A stretch of DNA of 62,041 nucleotides, filler included, from Choristocarpus tenellus KU-1152 (GCA_964200185.2; 10 parts of 10 records of this genome joined end to end with filler, not necessarily neighbours in it), one strand, 5' to 3'. Counted from the first letter of the whole stretch, positions 24,322 to 38,597 are shown. Made by a program: numbers and translations. The notes: a model not told the origin generated them from the sequence alone.

Positions 24322-26435
24322 CGTGTCTTGGATGACCTGGAGGAAACTCCCTCCAGGCTTGCAATGAAGTCCAAGAGTTCCCAACATGCTCCAGAAATCC
24401 TACAAGATTTCCTGTATCAAAGAGGTAAACAGGCAAAGCAACAGACATCTATGTAAACAAAAAAAATGTGCATGCTTTGTGTTCTATATGTACATATATA
24501 TATACACATACATATACCTGTAAGCCTCAGTCTATGCGTAGGTGGTGGTTGGTTACAAATTTGCGAATCTAAGACCTCACATTTTGACTACAAGTATTAT
24601 TTATTTATTTTCACGGATTTTTTGTTTTACAAAAATAATCAGGTAGTACTTTATGCAGCAATTTTCCTTCATCCATCAACAGTAACAATATTACTACTTC
24701 CTGCTACCACGACTAGTTCCTACCACATCCTACTACTACTACAACTACTACTACTACTACTACTAAAAAGTTATAGAAATGGGATGGAGTAAGAGAGTAT
24801 GGCCCAATCTCTTGCTCTCTCTATGGCCCCCACTACCATGCCCATTTGCCAAGTTAAAATCCTACTGCCTACTCACACTTACCAAAGAAGAATCCTATAG
24901 CCTGTGTGTTCATTCCCAGAAGCTGCCATAGCAGAACAGAAGGGGGGTTACAGCATGGCATGGCATGACACAGCAATGGTCAGCAGCAGCTTAAGTCGAA
25001 GGAGAGGATAGGAGGATGATATGAGGGGCGGGGCAGGGGGGGGGGGAAGAAGAAAAGATATGCATCACCAGAGATTGGAGGTATGTGTGCTTGTTTGCAC
25101 ATGAAGTAATCCTCTCCCTCCTGATGATCAAGTATCACATTCAACAAAAGGAAGTACAATGCCAGAGATTGTAAACATATGTGCATCTTTGCAGACAAAG
25201 CAATCCTCTTCCTCCTCCTGTTGATCAACTACCACATGTTCTCAAAAGCATCCTGTCTAGAATAACAACCACAAAAGCAGTTCAATGTCGTGGTTCAACT
25301 CATGAGCTAACCCAGCCAAAATGCAATGACTCACCTACCTAGAAACAGTCAAAACTCATTCCAACTGACATCCCCAAAAGCTCACAAATTGCTAACCCAA
25401 TACGAATCATCCCCGGCTGCGCTCCTTCTTTTGCCACCAAACACACATGTTTGTGTGCAACCCATCAAACGACAACCCTAAAAAAACCAACAGAACTCTT
25501 TATAACAAAAACCCCCAAAAGACATACATAATGTGCGCGTTCACAAACTTGCTGCCCAAAACCCATCTGTCGAAAATGCGACTCTTGATTGAGACTTACC
25601 ATACCCCTTGTATCTAACCCAGCAGTTGAGAGACACGAAATCTAGCTTCCGGGGGGGGGGGGGGGGGTGGGAGGCTTTTTTTTATCTTNNNNNNNNNNCG
25701 CTTACAGACTACCGGGAGGGGGGAAGCGGAGCGGGAAGGGGGGGGGGGGGGGGGGGGGGGGGGTCTGCAGCTTATTTTTACTCTTCATAAATGTAAAAAA
25801 AAACTTTGATTTCTGCTACACACATACACAGCCCGTGTGATGTTCATGATCCTACCACTGTAAAGACGTTTGAAATATTGATTTGTACCCACTGGAACAA
25901 CAAGATTCATCTCAGCCTGTTTGGGCATTTCACCACCAACCTTGCATCCCTGACAACTCAACGAGACAAACTCTAGCACAACACATATATCACATAGGAA
26001 GGCGTTACTTTCAAGACAAATCAGTTTGCACACCGTTTCGTAAAACACAAAAAAAGTCCAGTTCAATACTGCTACTAAAGCAAAAACGATACATACACGT
26101 GACCTAAGAATGTAACTGTCGAAAAGAGAGGGGACCGCAACCATCACAAAACCTACTAACACATAATTATATGACGTGTGGTCCCACACAACACTAACCA
26201 AAAGACGAAAGAAACCCCCACCTCTGTGAGATACCCCATGGAAGATGTGAAGTGCTGAATGCTGTGCAACCACGAGAACTGCTGGTCCATCCCACCAATC
26301 CCCATCCCCATCCCCATCCTGCCCATCCCCATGCCCATGCCCATCCCGCCCATTCCCATCCCCATTCCATATCGACTGTAGCCCCCGTATCCTCCGCTGC
26401 CATACATCCCCCCCATGCCACTATACCCCCCATAC
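24322..26435 (-). CDS. PEX13: Peroxin 13-like peroxisomal membrane protein, internal exons
   Basis: Exons 26435-26222, 24922-24883 and 24411-24322 join in frame. A Gly/Tyr/Met-rich YG region (YGGYSGMGGMYGSGGYGGYSRYGMGMG...) is followed by FSWLHSIQHFTSSMGYLTELLGMNTQAIGFFFGNLVGFLEHVG, typical of plant- and algal-type PEX13. Confidence 0.8.
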
Positions 26436-27731
26436 CTGAGTAGAGGATGGGAGGGCAGGGATATGCATTTACTGTACTTTCTTCAATTACTATGTGGCAT
26501 GACAAAAGGAGAGATGGGGGGTGCAAAGGCAGAACACTTGTAAGTCAAGAAACACCAAAGACAGGAGCCACTGTGAAGAAAGTCTCGAACTTGGCAACAC
26601 CAGTTAAGGGCCGAATCAAGGTGTACATGGACATGCCCTTGATTGTTCCAAATGCTGAACAGATGGGTCACCTAAGCCATAACCTAAACATGCAAGTGCA
26701 GAGGGTTTTAGTCGAGGAAAAACACTAAAGCATTACTACTGTTCAAGTGACGCAAAATGATATCAGCGAATTCAATAAATAATTATGCTGGCAAACATAT
26801 AATATATATAATATACATATATAATGGAATACACATCCCAAGTTTTTCAAGGACACAAATAACATAGTAACATTCTTGAAAACACGGTAGAACATACCCC
26901 TCTCCCCGCTTCCATTGCAGCTTAAACCATCTCTGGAAAAAAACCGAAACAGCCCTGATCAATGTAACCAAACTGAGATGGGGGTGCTGCTGAGCTTCAA
27001 GGACCCCTCCGACTCCCCTGTTGTGGTACACATTTCTTAAGCACTTGTACACACCCATTGACCACAATTTGTTTGGTGCTGTTTTGTGAGCGCACTCAGT
27101 TTGCAGAAGCAACTTGTCCATATCGACGCCCTTTTTCGAATGTCTCAATCTCGAAAAAAATATATATATATATATTTTTTTTAATCAAACCGGTCCAAAA
27201 ACACAACTCCCTTCAGTTACTTTTTCACTCTCTGTCCAGATCAGGGATTTAAACAACCAGGAACATACACGCCTATGTGGCACCGTCAAAACCTATTATC
27301 AACACAAGAGGATGGAGTAAACTCTCAGACTACGTTGCAGATATTGTTTCTGCCTGCCTGTACAACAAGGCAGCAAATCATTCATTGGGTTCACAACTGA
27401 CAATCACCAGAAAACAAAAAAAACACCATCAAACAACTCTCTGTTGGCTAAAAAAAATAGATAACCTGTAGTGCACATGAGATTCTTCCGGTAAATTTTC
27501 CCAACCCACTAGTTGAAAAAAATTACCACCTCAACATCGACTGAATGTGCCTCCATTAGCCCCAGTTATGTTCCCCTTCATACACCCTGCTCTAAGTCAG
27601 TACACATTAACTAATATTTCAACCCCCCCCCNNNNNNNNNNNNNNNNNNNNNNNNNNNNNNNNNNNNNNNNNNNNTTAATTAATTAANNNNNNNNNNNNN
27701 NNNNNNNNNNNNNNNNNNNNNNNNNNNNNNN

Positions 27732-27791
27732 CGACATGAAAAAATTGACCCCAAATGGACAGCCGCCACCCCCTCCCAGATACTTTGAGCC
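27732..27791 (-). mobile_element. MITE family B end at contig start
   Basis: ...CAAATGGACAGCCGCCACCCCCTCCCAGATACTTTGAGCC. Confidence 0.8.
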
Positions 27792-27885
27792 TTAACAAAC
27801 CTCCCCTAGAATTCCTTTTACGAAGAAAATTTAATTCGTAATCCCATGTGCCATTGCTGTTCACTGTGCAACCACGATTGAAAGT

Positions 27886-28133
27886 GAGTGAAAGTAAACT
27901 ACAGAGTTACATTTTAAGGATGGTGGCAAATATATCCAAAATGTTTTTTTTTACAAGTGCATATGGAATTTTTCCGAGTAGTGTCAAAAGGTTCCAAACA
28001 ATAGAGAAATCAACATTCTCAAGTGAATCTTAGCACTTCATCCTTAGAGCTATGAGTGAATTGAAAAAGATTGAAAAACTGGGTAATAAAGCAAAGCGGG
28101 CAAAAACTGAGCACCTCTCGTTTACTTTGGCTC
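27886..28133 (+). mobile_element. MITE family C (~250 bp), TSD AGT
   Basis: TIRs GAGTGAAAGTAAAC...GTTTACTTTGGCTC with AGT/AGT flanks; homologous to 56596-56852. Confidence 0.8.
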
Positions 28134-28414
28134 AGTATGACTACCCCTTGCAGTTTATCTCTAGGCAATGGGTGCTCCGTTGAAAAGCAGTAAGCGTGCT
28201 TTATGCTGTGATGCGGGGATTGTCTCCAAGACCAAAGGAGGTCTTCAGCCTCCTAATCAGGGTGCAGACACCATGCAGATCTAGGCAACATGTGCATACG
28301 GAGTGAGAGGGTGGGGTAGGATGTAGGAAAGAGAGGTTAACTTCATGCAATCACCCTCCTTACATATGAACACGTACTTACAGTGCAACTAGGATTTGTT
28401 CTTACTCGAGGGAA

Positions 28415-28672
28415 GAGTCAAAGTATCTTAGAGGGTACAGCCATGTCCGTTTGGGGACCAAAATCCAATGTTGCGATTTTGATGTAATTTTGGCTATCGT
28501 GATTGTTAGGAAGTGTCAACATCCTAGCTCCGGACACACCTTTTCATAACATAAACATTTCACCTACTCCAAAATGTTTCGGAGTAGGAAAGTGTCATTA
28601 AAAAAACGTGGAAAGCCAAGCCCCAAACGGACAAACGGGGCAAAAATCGTACCCTCTAAGATACATTCACCC
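28415..28672 (-). mobile_element. MITE family A, TSD GAA
   Basis: 258 bp, reverse orientation relative to the 13306 copy, GAA/GAA flanks. Confidence 0.9.
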
Positions 28673-29147
28673 GAATATTACGTCCAGACGCTGGACGAGG
28701 AATTTTCCTTGTACATCTTAATCTCGGGTCAGAAAGGAATTAAAAAAGGGGTTTCATGCACCATGGGTGTATTCGAATGCATGGAATGTCTTGAGCATGT
28801 TGACATGAAAACTCAGAACTGATTATATCTGTAAATATACCGCTAAGATATGAACTATGAACTCAAATGCTTTCGGATACTTATTGCTCTAATTCATATC
28901 ATATTCTGCACAGCTTGGATCTACCCAAGAATTCTTACCTTATTGACAGAAGACCCCGTTAGGTCATGCCACGCCATTGCGGGAGGTGACATGCCTAAAA
29001 GTATGCTTTTTGCAAAAAGTCGCTGTAGCGACTCAAAATCGCCGTATCTATGATCAAGTGTGGTCCACATGTTTACCACGTGTGTTTTTCGCCCAGATGT
29101 GACGTTGATCCTGCGATGTTATATGTGTATGCAATTAAAAAAACTTT

Positions 29148-29327
29148 GGCTCAAAGTATCTGTGGAGAGGGGGGGGGGCAAACCACTGTGTCCATTTGGA
29201 CCCTGACCAGGAGAAGTATACAAACATTATCCATCCGGCGCATGCAACCAAATCACCCAAGAATCGTGACATAGAAAAATGTGCCCAGAATGGACAGCCG
29301 CCACCCCCCCCCCAGATACTTTGAGAC
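29148..29327 (-). mobile_element. MITE family B (~180 bp)
   Basis: TIRs GGCTCAAAGTATCTG...CAGATACTTTGAGAC; flanks TTT/TGT. Confidence 0.85.
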
Positions 29328-30365
29328 TGTTGGTGCAGAGAACAGCAACAACATTCCGTTTAACACCTATCAGTCAAAGCACTGTCTGATATATATATAT
29401 ATATATATCTGCTTCGCAGATCTCGAAATGTAAGCACTCAACCCCATTTCACCTTGAGGAGGAATGTGCAGCCCCGGTCCTATCAACTCTCTCTAAGCTT
29501 TGCCTCCAAATCAAGAAAATATGGCAATACTTCTTCGACAAAGGGAGGCGAAGGAAAGCTCGACCCTCCACCGCCTTCACCACCACCACCACCCTCTGTC
29601 GTAACCTCATCTTCTGACTCACCTCTTTCCTCATCAGCCTCACTAAGACTGCTTGAGAACAGGCTACGTCCACTAGTTCATCCCTTACGCCCTATCCCAT
29701 GCATCTGTCCTCAACTATATATTTCTTCTTTTCTAGTTCCAGCTCTCCCTGAGGCCTAGTAAGGCTGTTTGTTTGTCAGAAGCTCACCAGCCTTCACCTG
29801 GAGGCTACCCAATGGCTCTCCCAAGCCATGCCCACAGTTTCCCTCACCCTCCTCCTCTCCACGTTGACTGCAAATACTCAAGTTTCTGCATCTTAACATA
29901 GGGCATAGTGGCAATTGGACAGCAGTTGCACGGCACAGACACTATTGTCGTCCACATAGTATAGTACCACAAGACACACATAGCAGGTAGAAAAGTTTAT
30001 GTTTGGGTGCCATGGTTTCCTAACCACGTTCTGGTCACCCTTTTGATTTGCACGAGGCTGCTTCTGAAGCCCTCTCTCTTAAAACATAGGCTACTCATCT
30101 TTTATGTCATTGATACGATACAGTATTACCAGTTCATCATACTAACCGTTAATTCACACATCGGTACTGGTCGTTACTCGCATTGAAATCATTGGCACCT
30201 AATCATAGGATCATCGATTACCGTTACAATCCCAAACGCATAGGAAGTATGGAACAGTCGGCATCTGTCAAACATACAACTATAGTATGTGCCATATGAG
30301 TTGTCTCAGATATTGATTCAAGTTTTTTTCTTTGTTTTTTGATCTTCACATCTAAATCATCAGTT

Positions 30366-30663
30366 GGGTGAAAGTATCTTAGAGGGTACGAGTCTTCCCC
30401 TGTTTGTCCATTTGGGGCTTGACTTCCCATGGGTTTTTATGACATTTTCCTACTCCAAAATGTTTAGGAGTAGGTAAAATGTTTATGTTATGAAAAGGTG
30501 TATCCGGAACATGGATGTTGACACTTCCTAACAAACACGATAGCCAAAATTACATCGAAATCACAACATTGAATTTTGGCCCCAAAATGGACGCTGCTCT
30601 ACCCTCTAAGATACTTTGGCTCCAAACAGGGAAAAGCTCATACCCTCTAAGATACTTTCACTC
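30366..30663 (+). mobile_element. MITE family A copy (30366-30622) plus an adjacent inverted terminal fragment (30623-30663)
   Basis: A full-length family A copy is followed directly by CAAACAGGGAAAAGCTCATACCCTCTAAGATACTTTCACTC. Confidence 0.85.
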
Positions 30664-31178
30664 TCTTGTTCTGGCTTTTTTTGTGTTGCAGCCATAGACA
30701 GGATACTACAAGTTGTGATCCATTGAGCTTCGCATGTGGAATAACAATCGAAACCAGATTTCTATGAAAAGAATTTTGGCTTGAAAGGGGTCTGAACCTT
30801 CTAATTTAATGTAGATAGCCTTTTAACAGGTGTGTTACTATAGGCATATCAAAACCCATACAAATGGCAAAGGATATGAGTCATACTGATCAAGGGCAGG
30901 ATTCCATCACGAAAGGAAGGGAGCCCTTTGGGAATAGTGGTAGTATAGTCATACTGCTGCCGTTGGTAGAGACACAAAGGAATCATCACCTCTGAATGCA
31001 GAAATCCCTAACGAGGTGATTCTTGATCATGAAATTACCATCGGTAAAGGCCAGCAAATATGCTAAACTAACTGTGGTGGATTATTACTGCTATGTGCAC
31101 AACGCTATCCTGAAGGGATGGGGTGATTACAAAGAGATCACCACCAACAAGAAGAAATTACACCTAAAAGACGTCCAC

Positions 31179-31428
31179 ATCTTAGAGGGTAGAGCCGTGT
31201 CCATTTGTGGGGCCAAAGTCCAATGTTGCGATTTTGATGTAATTTTGGTTATCATGTTTGTTAGGAAGTGTCAATACCCATGTTCCGGACACAGCTTTTC
31301 CTAGCATTAACACTTCACCTACTCCTAAACATTTTGGAGTAGGAAAATGTCATAAAAGAACCCATGGGAAACCAAGCCCCAAATGGACAAACAGGGCAAA
31401 ACTCGTGCCCTCTAAGATACTTTCACTC
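31179..31428 (-). mobile_element. MITE family A, one TIR clipped
   Basis: Homologous to family A in reverse orientation; ends CCCTCTAAGATACTTTCACTC. Confidence 0.85.
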
Positions 31429-31798
31429 TTGTAATGACGTTTTTCATCGGTGCTCGTGAACACCAGTCATCGCAGTGTTCCACAATGACCTCACATCTCT
31501 ATGCTGGGTCGTTTTTTGAGTTCATTGACGAATGGTTCTCACAAAAACTTGTTTTCAACGCTGGGCACCTGTACTTGTAGCCAATATTTTGTGTGTATGG
31601 GGTGTTCATTGAGTTGGGGGTACTTCTGTCTGGACGGCTCCTGTTTCTGAAGTCCACAGTGTCAGCTAGTGTGATTTCTTCACAACATCGAGTTTTTATT
31701 GTTTAGAAGGACTATTTGTGAGAGGAACTTGGGAGCGGTATGGGGAACAGATTGAAATGATGCTATTCTGAGGTTATCCAAACCTCTTTTCTTACGCA

Positions 31799-32001
31799 CA
31801 GTAACAGGTGTTTGGGAAATGAGGCGACTTAGGAGAATGTATTCTTAACATTTTGCCTTGATTCTGTTGACCAACAGATTTTGGGGAAAGTGTTGCGTTC
31901 AGTAACAGGTGTTTGGGAAATGAGGCGACTTAGGAGAATGTATTCTTAACATTTTGCCTTGATTCTGTTGACCAACAGATTTTGGGAAAAAGTGTTGCGT
32001 T
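31799..32001. repeat. Near-perfect ~101-bp tandem duplication
   Basis: CAGTAACAGGTGTTTGGGAAATGAGGCG...GTGTTGCGTT occurs twice head-to-tail. Confidence 0.9.
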
Positions 32002-32329
32002 CAAGTCAGGGAAGGGGCCTATCTCGTCCTCTGTATTAGGGCAGGATGCACATATTGGTTCATGACTGGATGCCAGGGACATTGATCTCTACTTCTATTT
32101 CGTTCCTTTACTGCTCCCCCCCATATCATCCTCTCAACCTCCGTCCCCACCACCTGAACAAATTGCAAGCAAAATTTATGTTGTACAACTTTGCTCCTCT
32201 AAATACTCCTTCGAAAGCGCAAACACACACTGAAAATAGTAACCTACATCGATTGCGAGCAGATAACCAAGCAAGGGGCTAAAGAGGAAGGTATGTCCAG
32301 ATGAAGTAAATTGACCTCAATTCTTGAAT

Positions 32330-32990
32330 GCTTGTGCAAACTACATGAAAGTCACCGAACGGTCACAGAGACCTCCAAAAGACACGGTCCCCTTTAGGAT
32401 ACTTAGACACTTCGAAATATGCGTCGAATCAGCCTCCGCACTACCCTAACCCCTCTTCTTCAATGCCTCCCAATTTTGTGTGGTTTGATGGTACCGAGAT
32501 TATCACCAGTCACATCACTATAGATATGGGGTTTTCGACTTCCAGCTCTCCTTGCGGCTTCAGCTCGAAGGTCCCAATCAATCTACGGATATTAAATGGG
32601 TGGTCCAACATTATAACTCTTTGCCGCTAACGAAGAAGATCCAACCCACAAACCCTAATCTTCAGATTTTCCCTCCTCAATAAATGTTTTCTCGCGGGAA
32701 TATCTCACTAACCCAGCATTCGCCACCAACTTGATTCAGGAGGAGACCTCACAGGTCCGAAATCCCTTTTTCTCCTTCACCCACGGCATTATCCCAGCAG
32801 ATCCTACTGGTCCGCATCCGATTTCTCCCCCTCCAGCCTACGATCCCTTCAACATCTCAAGGAGTCTATTCACACTCCCTTTATCATGGTCATTAAACTA
32901 ACCAACACTCGTGCTCCCTCTCTCCATGGTACCAGCTTCTGCGTCCATCCTTCTATGGAGATGAACCTTTGCGTTATCTAACCTCTGTCT
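32330..32990 (+). mobile_element. Degenerate non-LTR reverse transcriptase relic
   Basis: Ordered RT-like remnants: DLQK/KDTVPFRIL (cf. DxxKAFDTV), FSFTHGIIPADPTGP (cf. GVPQGDPLGP), FYGDE (cf. FADD). Interrupted by stops and frameshifts. Confidence 0.35.
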
Positions 32991-35135
32991 TTATGAACAA
33001 ACGAAATACTACTGCAAGTTAAAAAAACCTCTGTGCTTGGCAATCTACCAGTCTTGTATGTACTCACCAAGGCGTCTTGAGATGAATATCTGCCCACCCG
33101 ATGCATGTGGTTGTCCGTAAACGAGATTCGCGAACATGTGCGTCCAACCTAATTCGCCTCGAGATTGCCTTGCTAGTGTCACGAACATGCACGTTCAACC
33201 CTGATATCGTAGGGTCGAGGGCATGAACGTCGATTGTTTTTACCTCCCCTTGCTAGGGTCGAGAACATGCACGTTGAACCTTTGTAGCTTTGCCTCGCTA
33301 GGCAAACAGGCGCGTCCAACCCTGAGACGCTAAGGCTGCAGACATGCGTGTCCCACTTCGCTTGGGTCATGCTTTCCTAGGGTGTTCAACCCTCACATGC
33401 ACAAGCCCTCCCCCTTCCCCCTTTTCTCTCACCCCTACCCCGTAATTGCAGCATGCATGGGACGCGTCCTCCTTCTGAGGGCAGATGCAAATGGCATTCT
33501 TTACATCGACTGGGCATGATCACGTTCTGTTCTGCGTTGTATTAGATTTGGGGACAAATAGCAAATAATTTCAGTGCGAAACGCTTTGTTCATTTCTCGC
33601 TCTTCTCACCCACTCTAAAGAAACACTCTAAGAAGTACTCATCCATTATAAAGTACATATTAGATATTTTCTTATTAGATATTTTGTTCTTTCGATATTT
33701 GCAATTAATCATTTTCTATATTTGACGAATCGATTCTTTCCAGAACCATTTTGTTATCTCTTTTTTGCATATAAACGAAACCACTGTACTCGTTCAGAAA
33801 CATTTGTACTTCCTATATGTCTCGTCTTTTTGGAAGGGTTGAAGATTAAGATGGTCGTTCGGTCATTTCCTTAAAGGGATACCTTCAATCGAAATCTGGG
33901 TTTTGCGAGGGTTAGAATTCGGAACGTTGAAATAGGAGCAGGAACCCGAGTGTTGACAAGGATAGAAGAAAAGAAGAGAAGGGTAGACTACTCAACAGGA
34001 GCCGTTTTAACGTTTTCAGGATACAACTTGCCGGCGTTTCAAATGAGGCACACCAAGGTAGGGAAAGCTCCTTATTTGCCCTAGCGCGCCACCGGAGCCA
34101 GTGTGGACAAGGGGCAATCGCGTGGACCGCAACTCAACCTCTGGAACCAGCATGCCAGATCCCCCTCTAGAATTCAAGCTCACAGTCAGCAGATCCCTAG
34201 GGAGGGAGGAGGCCCTATCAAACAGGTGCCCAGTGNNNNNNNNNNNNNNNNNNNNNNNNNNNNNNNNNNNNNNNNNNNNTTAATTAATTAANNNNNNNNN
34301 NNNNNNNNNNNNNNNNNNNNNNNNNNNNNNNNNNNGGGGGGGAGCTAGGGAAGCATCCCAAGAATCCAACAGACCCCTCCGTGCCCATCTCCCTGGTGAC
34401 TCAGTTTTCTTTCATTGGTTTTCCCCCTAACACATCTGGAAAATGTCATTGGGCATAATAAATAATATGTCGACTGTTGCAAAGTTATTCGTCTTTTTTC
34501 AAATCTACTGCGGAGAGTTAATCTTTTCCCATGATTTGGTAGTGTGTATGATATTTTACCTATTGCTACATTCAATATCACTCAGGTTCGCCTTTTTCAT
34601 GGACTGTGTAAATGTACAAAAAGTCTTGTAGATTAATTACTGTTGTTCTATCATGTGAAACCCAACCTAACTAAATTGTGATACGTAGGTTTACCTGTTC
34701 TACGCCTCTCACCATGGCCCAAGAAATGTCTTCCCGATTCATTATTTTCTCTCCCATGTAAACCGTTTGAAAAGAAGTTGAACGGAGGAAGTTTTATCTT
34801 AATGTTGTGTGTAATCTGTTCATAATTTTTGTGATATTAACAACAATGGAAGATGTGAAAATAATACCGAGCTTACTTCTCAGCCAATGAGCGTACAGCG
34901 AAGGTAACTTAAACCAACATCTAAGAAGACAGACTACAATTTTACGCAACTACTAACTGTCGCAAGAGGGTTTTTAGATGAAACATGTTGAGTCACGAGT
35001 AGAAAGATGAAAATTTCACTCTGGTCACTTCACGTCTCGCCTCATTCCAGGTAGTCTACGAGAAATTCGTATTGTTTGTACATTACCTTGCTAGAAAGAC
35101 GTCGAGATTGTTCAAAGTACATCAGAAACACGATC

Positions 35136-37834
35136 ATGTCAACGTGTACGCCGGATTTGTTGGTGGTGGGGATGCAGAGGGGTGAGGAGGTGGCAAACGT
35201 TCTTCGTATATTTGCCGTCGCAGTGGTCACGAGCGCAATATCAGCATGGTTCAGCGGTATGCAGGTTGATCGAATGATAATATTGTTCCTTCATTGGATT
35301 AGGTGAGTCGGAAGAGTTTTGTATTGTCTTGTTAGTCGAGGTTAGTGCATGATTGTTGGTGATACGTGGAGGTTGAGAGAGACTGGACAAAGCTGTTGCA
35401 TCTGGAAGATACTGGGCTAAAGTGTTCATGGAGAGAGGGCGATGGTCTGGGTATTAGTTGTGATCGTAGTTGCACCAGCATTCGGTAGTGTTAGTAATTG
35501 TTGTGTTGAAAATTGGTACCACATGAGTGAAGGTAAGGCGAACCCCCCCTTCGATCAAAGTAGCAAGCTCGATGTTCGGCTACCTGTCTGTTAATATATT
35601 CACTGGTCATTTTTTTGGAATGGACAACACTGTCATGATAGTCTCGCGCATCTCGACTGAGCCTGATTAAAACCCTCTACAAGAATGCTAACTTCGACAA
35701 ACAAACAAAAAAGCTGACTCGCTGCTCCTTCTTGCATCTGGTTGCATCTGTCTGGCGTGTTACCGTCGCACTACCTATTCCGTTGGATCAAGTGGGTTGG
35801 GGTATGCCCTTTCCCAGCACATCATGTCTATCATGATCATAAACTGCTGGTCCTTCAACGGACTGAAGCCGCTCATCTACTCCCTAAAGTTCGTTGAGAT
35901 ATGTTGTTCCAACGTGTTCTCCCTGAGTAACCTTGCTCTCACCATTAGCCTCACCCACATTGTTGAGGTGAGCCTTTTGAAGTGCGGGGCAAGGCGAAAT
36001 GAGAGATCCTTCCTTTGCGCCATACACGTGCCTATAACCTGCCAAAATAAGTGTAAAACTTTGGCAGGCTGTCATAGATGCTAAGTGGTTTCGATGATAT
36101 CAACATCGAAAAAGTACCACTTGCAACATTGTCCACGTAATTACAAATATAGGTATTGAGTTCAATTATTGCTGTCATTACAGTTGGAAGTGGAGTACCT
36201 TGGATCAAGCGGGGAAGAGGGTTCATATTGTCTCGAATTATGATTCCCTAAATCGTCTCTTTTCCCATGTCTTCCCTCTATGATGTCTCCGCCTTGACAG
36301 AGATACAGGAAATATCAGATTGTCTGCGCCGTGAGCAGCGAAAACATCCGATACTTAACCAAGGCTGTCCTAGTTGTGGCTCTCCTCATGAGCCTGAGCT
36401 CTGTCCCCTTCTGGAACGAACTGCTTGTAACTGGGGGTTACTTTTGGGTGGGGTCCACTGGCCCGGTGAGACCTACTTGATTGTTTGGTGTCTTATCACC
36501 TCAGTGCACAGTATGGAATATGGATAGATGGAAGGCCAGAGTTCTATATGCTCACAATACACAATATTTGCGGAATCCTAAAACTGGTAGGAAATTGGCT
36601 TTATATGCATTGATGTTTTTGTACGTTTTCGGATCATTGCTGATGCAGTTTGGCAAGGAGTTCAATTATGAAGCGTTGCCCCTGTCTATACTAAAGGTTG
36701 AGGATGTGGCTTCCTCATCCTAGAGTATTATAGACTGCCTTGTAGCAATTTGTAGCTCACACATTGCCACTTTCTTCACTGCTCTGTTGCGTTGATGTGT
36801 GTTGAGTTGCGATTGGTTTGAGTTTGACAAACGGGAGTAGCAACTCGTTTTGCAATTTACGTGAAAAACAATGCACAGTAGTAGAGTAGAAGGCACATAT
36901 CAACCTGAGTGTCTTCAAGTATTAACGTTTTGAGTCTTGGACTTTTGTGAAATAATTCCCATCTTGTCATTTTCTCCATAGCATTTATAAATAAGTATGG
37001 TAAATCATTGTGTAGGTCTAAGGTATTGTAATGTGATGAAAGGTATTGCTGTACATTCCAACGAACAACTCTGAACATTTCATATTCAAGATATGGCCAC
37101 CTTGCTTCCCAATCATTACCATAAGTTCAACATGATCGTGCCACCAAGATTGAATGAAGAAGCTAGAATCTGGTGGTGCACAAGTGAAAGGAACTGTGTT
37201 TCCATTAGGGATTCAGAAGAAATGTTTAAACACCAGTACTCTCTACTTCCATTTTGTCATTGTAATCCTGGGGTAGTGTACCTGGGTCGGAACGTTACAG
37301 ATAGGAAGGGCAGCCATCAATCTTTGCCTCTGTAGGTTCGTAGATGTCCCCTCCCAAATACCAATATGAACGTTGCCGTACTCTTTACTATCCCTGCATC
37401 AACAAATATGTCACCTCGGGCAGGCAAGCCATGGCTATTGGATCTCCTATTCATTTTCTGTGGCACAGACTGTAAGTGGTATCCTCATGGTAGGGGTGCT
37501 CTCCTCTGTGGCGTTGCATAGCTGGAGGGAGCTGCTACTATGCTCCAAGAACAGGCGGGTCAAGCTCTATCTCGTGCTCTCCATCTTGGGCACTATAATC
37601 AACCTCTTCAATGGGATCTCGGTCATCCTTAATGATACCATCAATTCTGATATGAGCCGTGAGCTCATCATGGTCAGCTGGTGTGCCAAGTACATTCATA
37701 TGTCTCTGGACACGATTGCGTTGTTGACTTTAGTAGGCAAAGGAGAAGACATCAAGGGTCCAAGTTTGTGTATGGAACATACATGCAGCAGGATCTCCTT
37801 CGGCAGCAGCGCTCAGATACAGCCATATCCCTAA
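35136..37834 (+). CDS. Unknown multi-pass membrane protein
   Basis: Phase-consistent exons 35136-35256, 35714-35967, 36078-36136, 36528-~36696, and a last exon ending at stop 37834. Several hydrophobic segments (VLRIFAVAVVTSAISAWF, LALYALMFLYVFGSLLM, GILMVGVLSSVAL, LYLVLSILGTIINLFNGISVIL). The junction to the last exon is unresolved. Confidence 0.6.
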
Positions 37835-38419
37835 CCTTTATACTTATATTCAAAACGATAGTGCCGGTTTTTGTTCCGTTCTCTCCAAAGTTGTTTCGAT
37901 CCGTTGGTGCAAAAGAAAAGGTGTATGACGGATTACACCTTTGTATCTTGCGCATGTATCTCTTAGCCACACACACCGCTATCCCCATGCCTTTTTCTAC
38001 AAGGGTTCTACATCTTGTGTACTGTATATTGCAAACGTGAGCACAGGCCTAACCAGTCCCCACCCAGGGAGGACAGACTCTAGAGCGGCAGAAAGGGAAG
38101 GAGGACTGCTGATGAATTTTATTAACTGTTTTGCTCGGTTTTGACATTCTTGCCGTAAATGGAGAAATAGTGAGAGAAGCATAGGTATGAGTGCACAATA
38201 GAGGGGTTTTCCATGTGCGTTTGATGTCTGCGTTTGCTTCTTTTTTGTCTACAGGTGTTTATCTCTGTGTGTGCATGTGTGTGTACGTGCTAAGTAGTAT
38301 TTATTAGATTAGTAGTGCATCTTGCGTTTGAAGTATGATCTTGAGCCAATGTCTTGAATAGGAATAATTGTTATTGGAGTGCTCCCATCACCCATGTGCA
38401 CCTTGCAGAGATGCTCTTT

Positions 38420-38597
38420 GACTTAAAGTATCTGAGGGAGGGTGGCAGCTGTCCGTTTGGGGTCAATTTTTTCATGTCGCGATTTTTGGTAATATGGTTG
38501 CATATGTCCGATGGATAATGAAAATACACTTTTCCTGATTTTGGTTCAAATGGACACCCTGGTGTAGACCCCCCCCCCTCCCCAGATACTTTGGGTC
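38420..38597 (+). mobile_element. MITE family B
   Basis: GACTTAAAGTATCTG...CCCAGATACTTTGGGTC, 178 bp. Confidence 0.85.
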
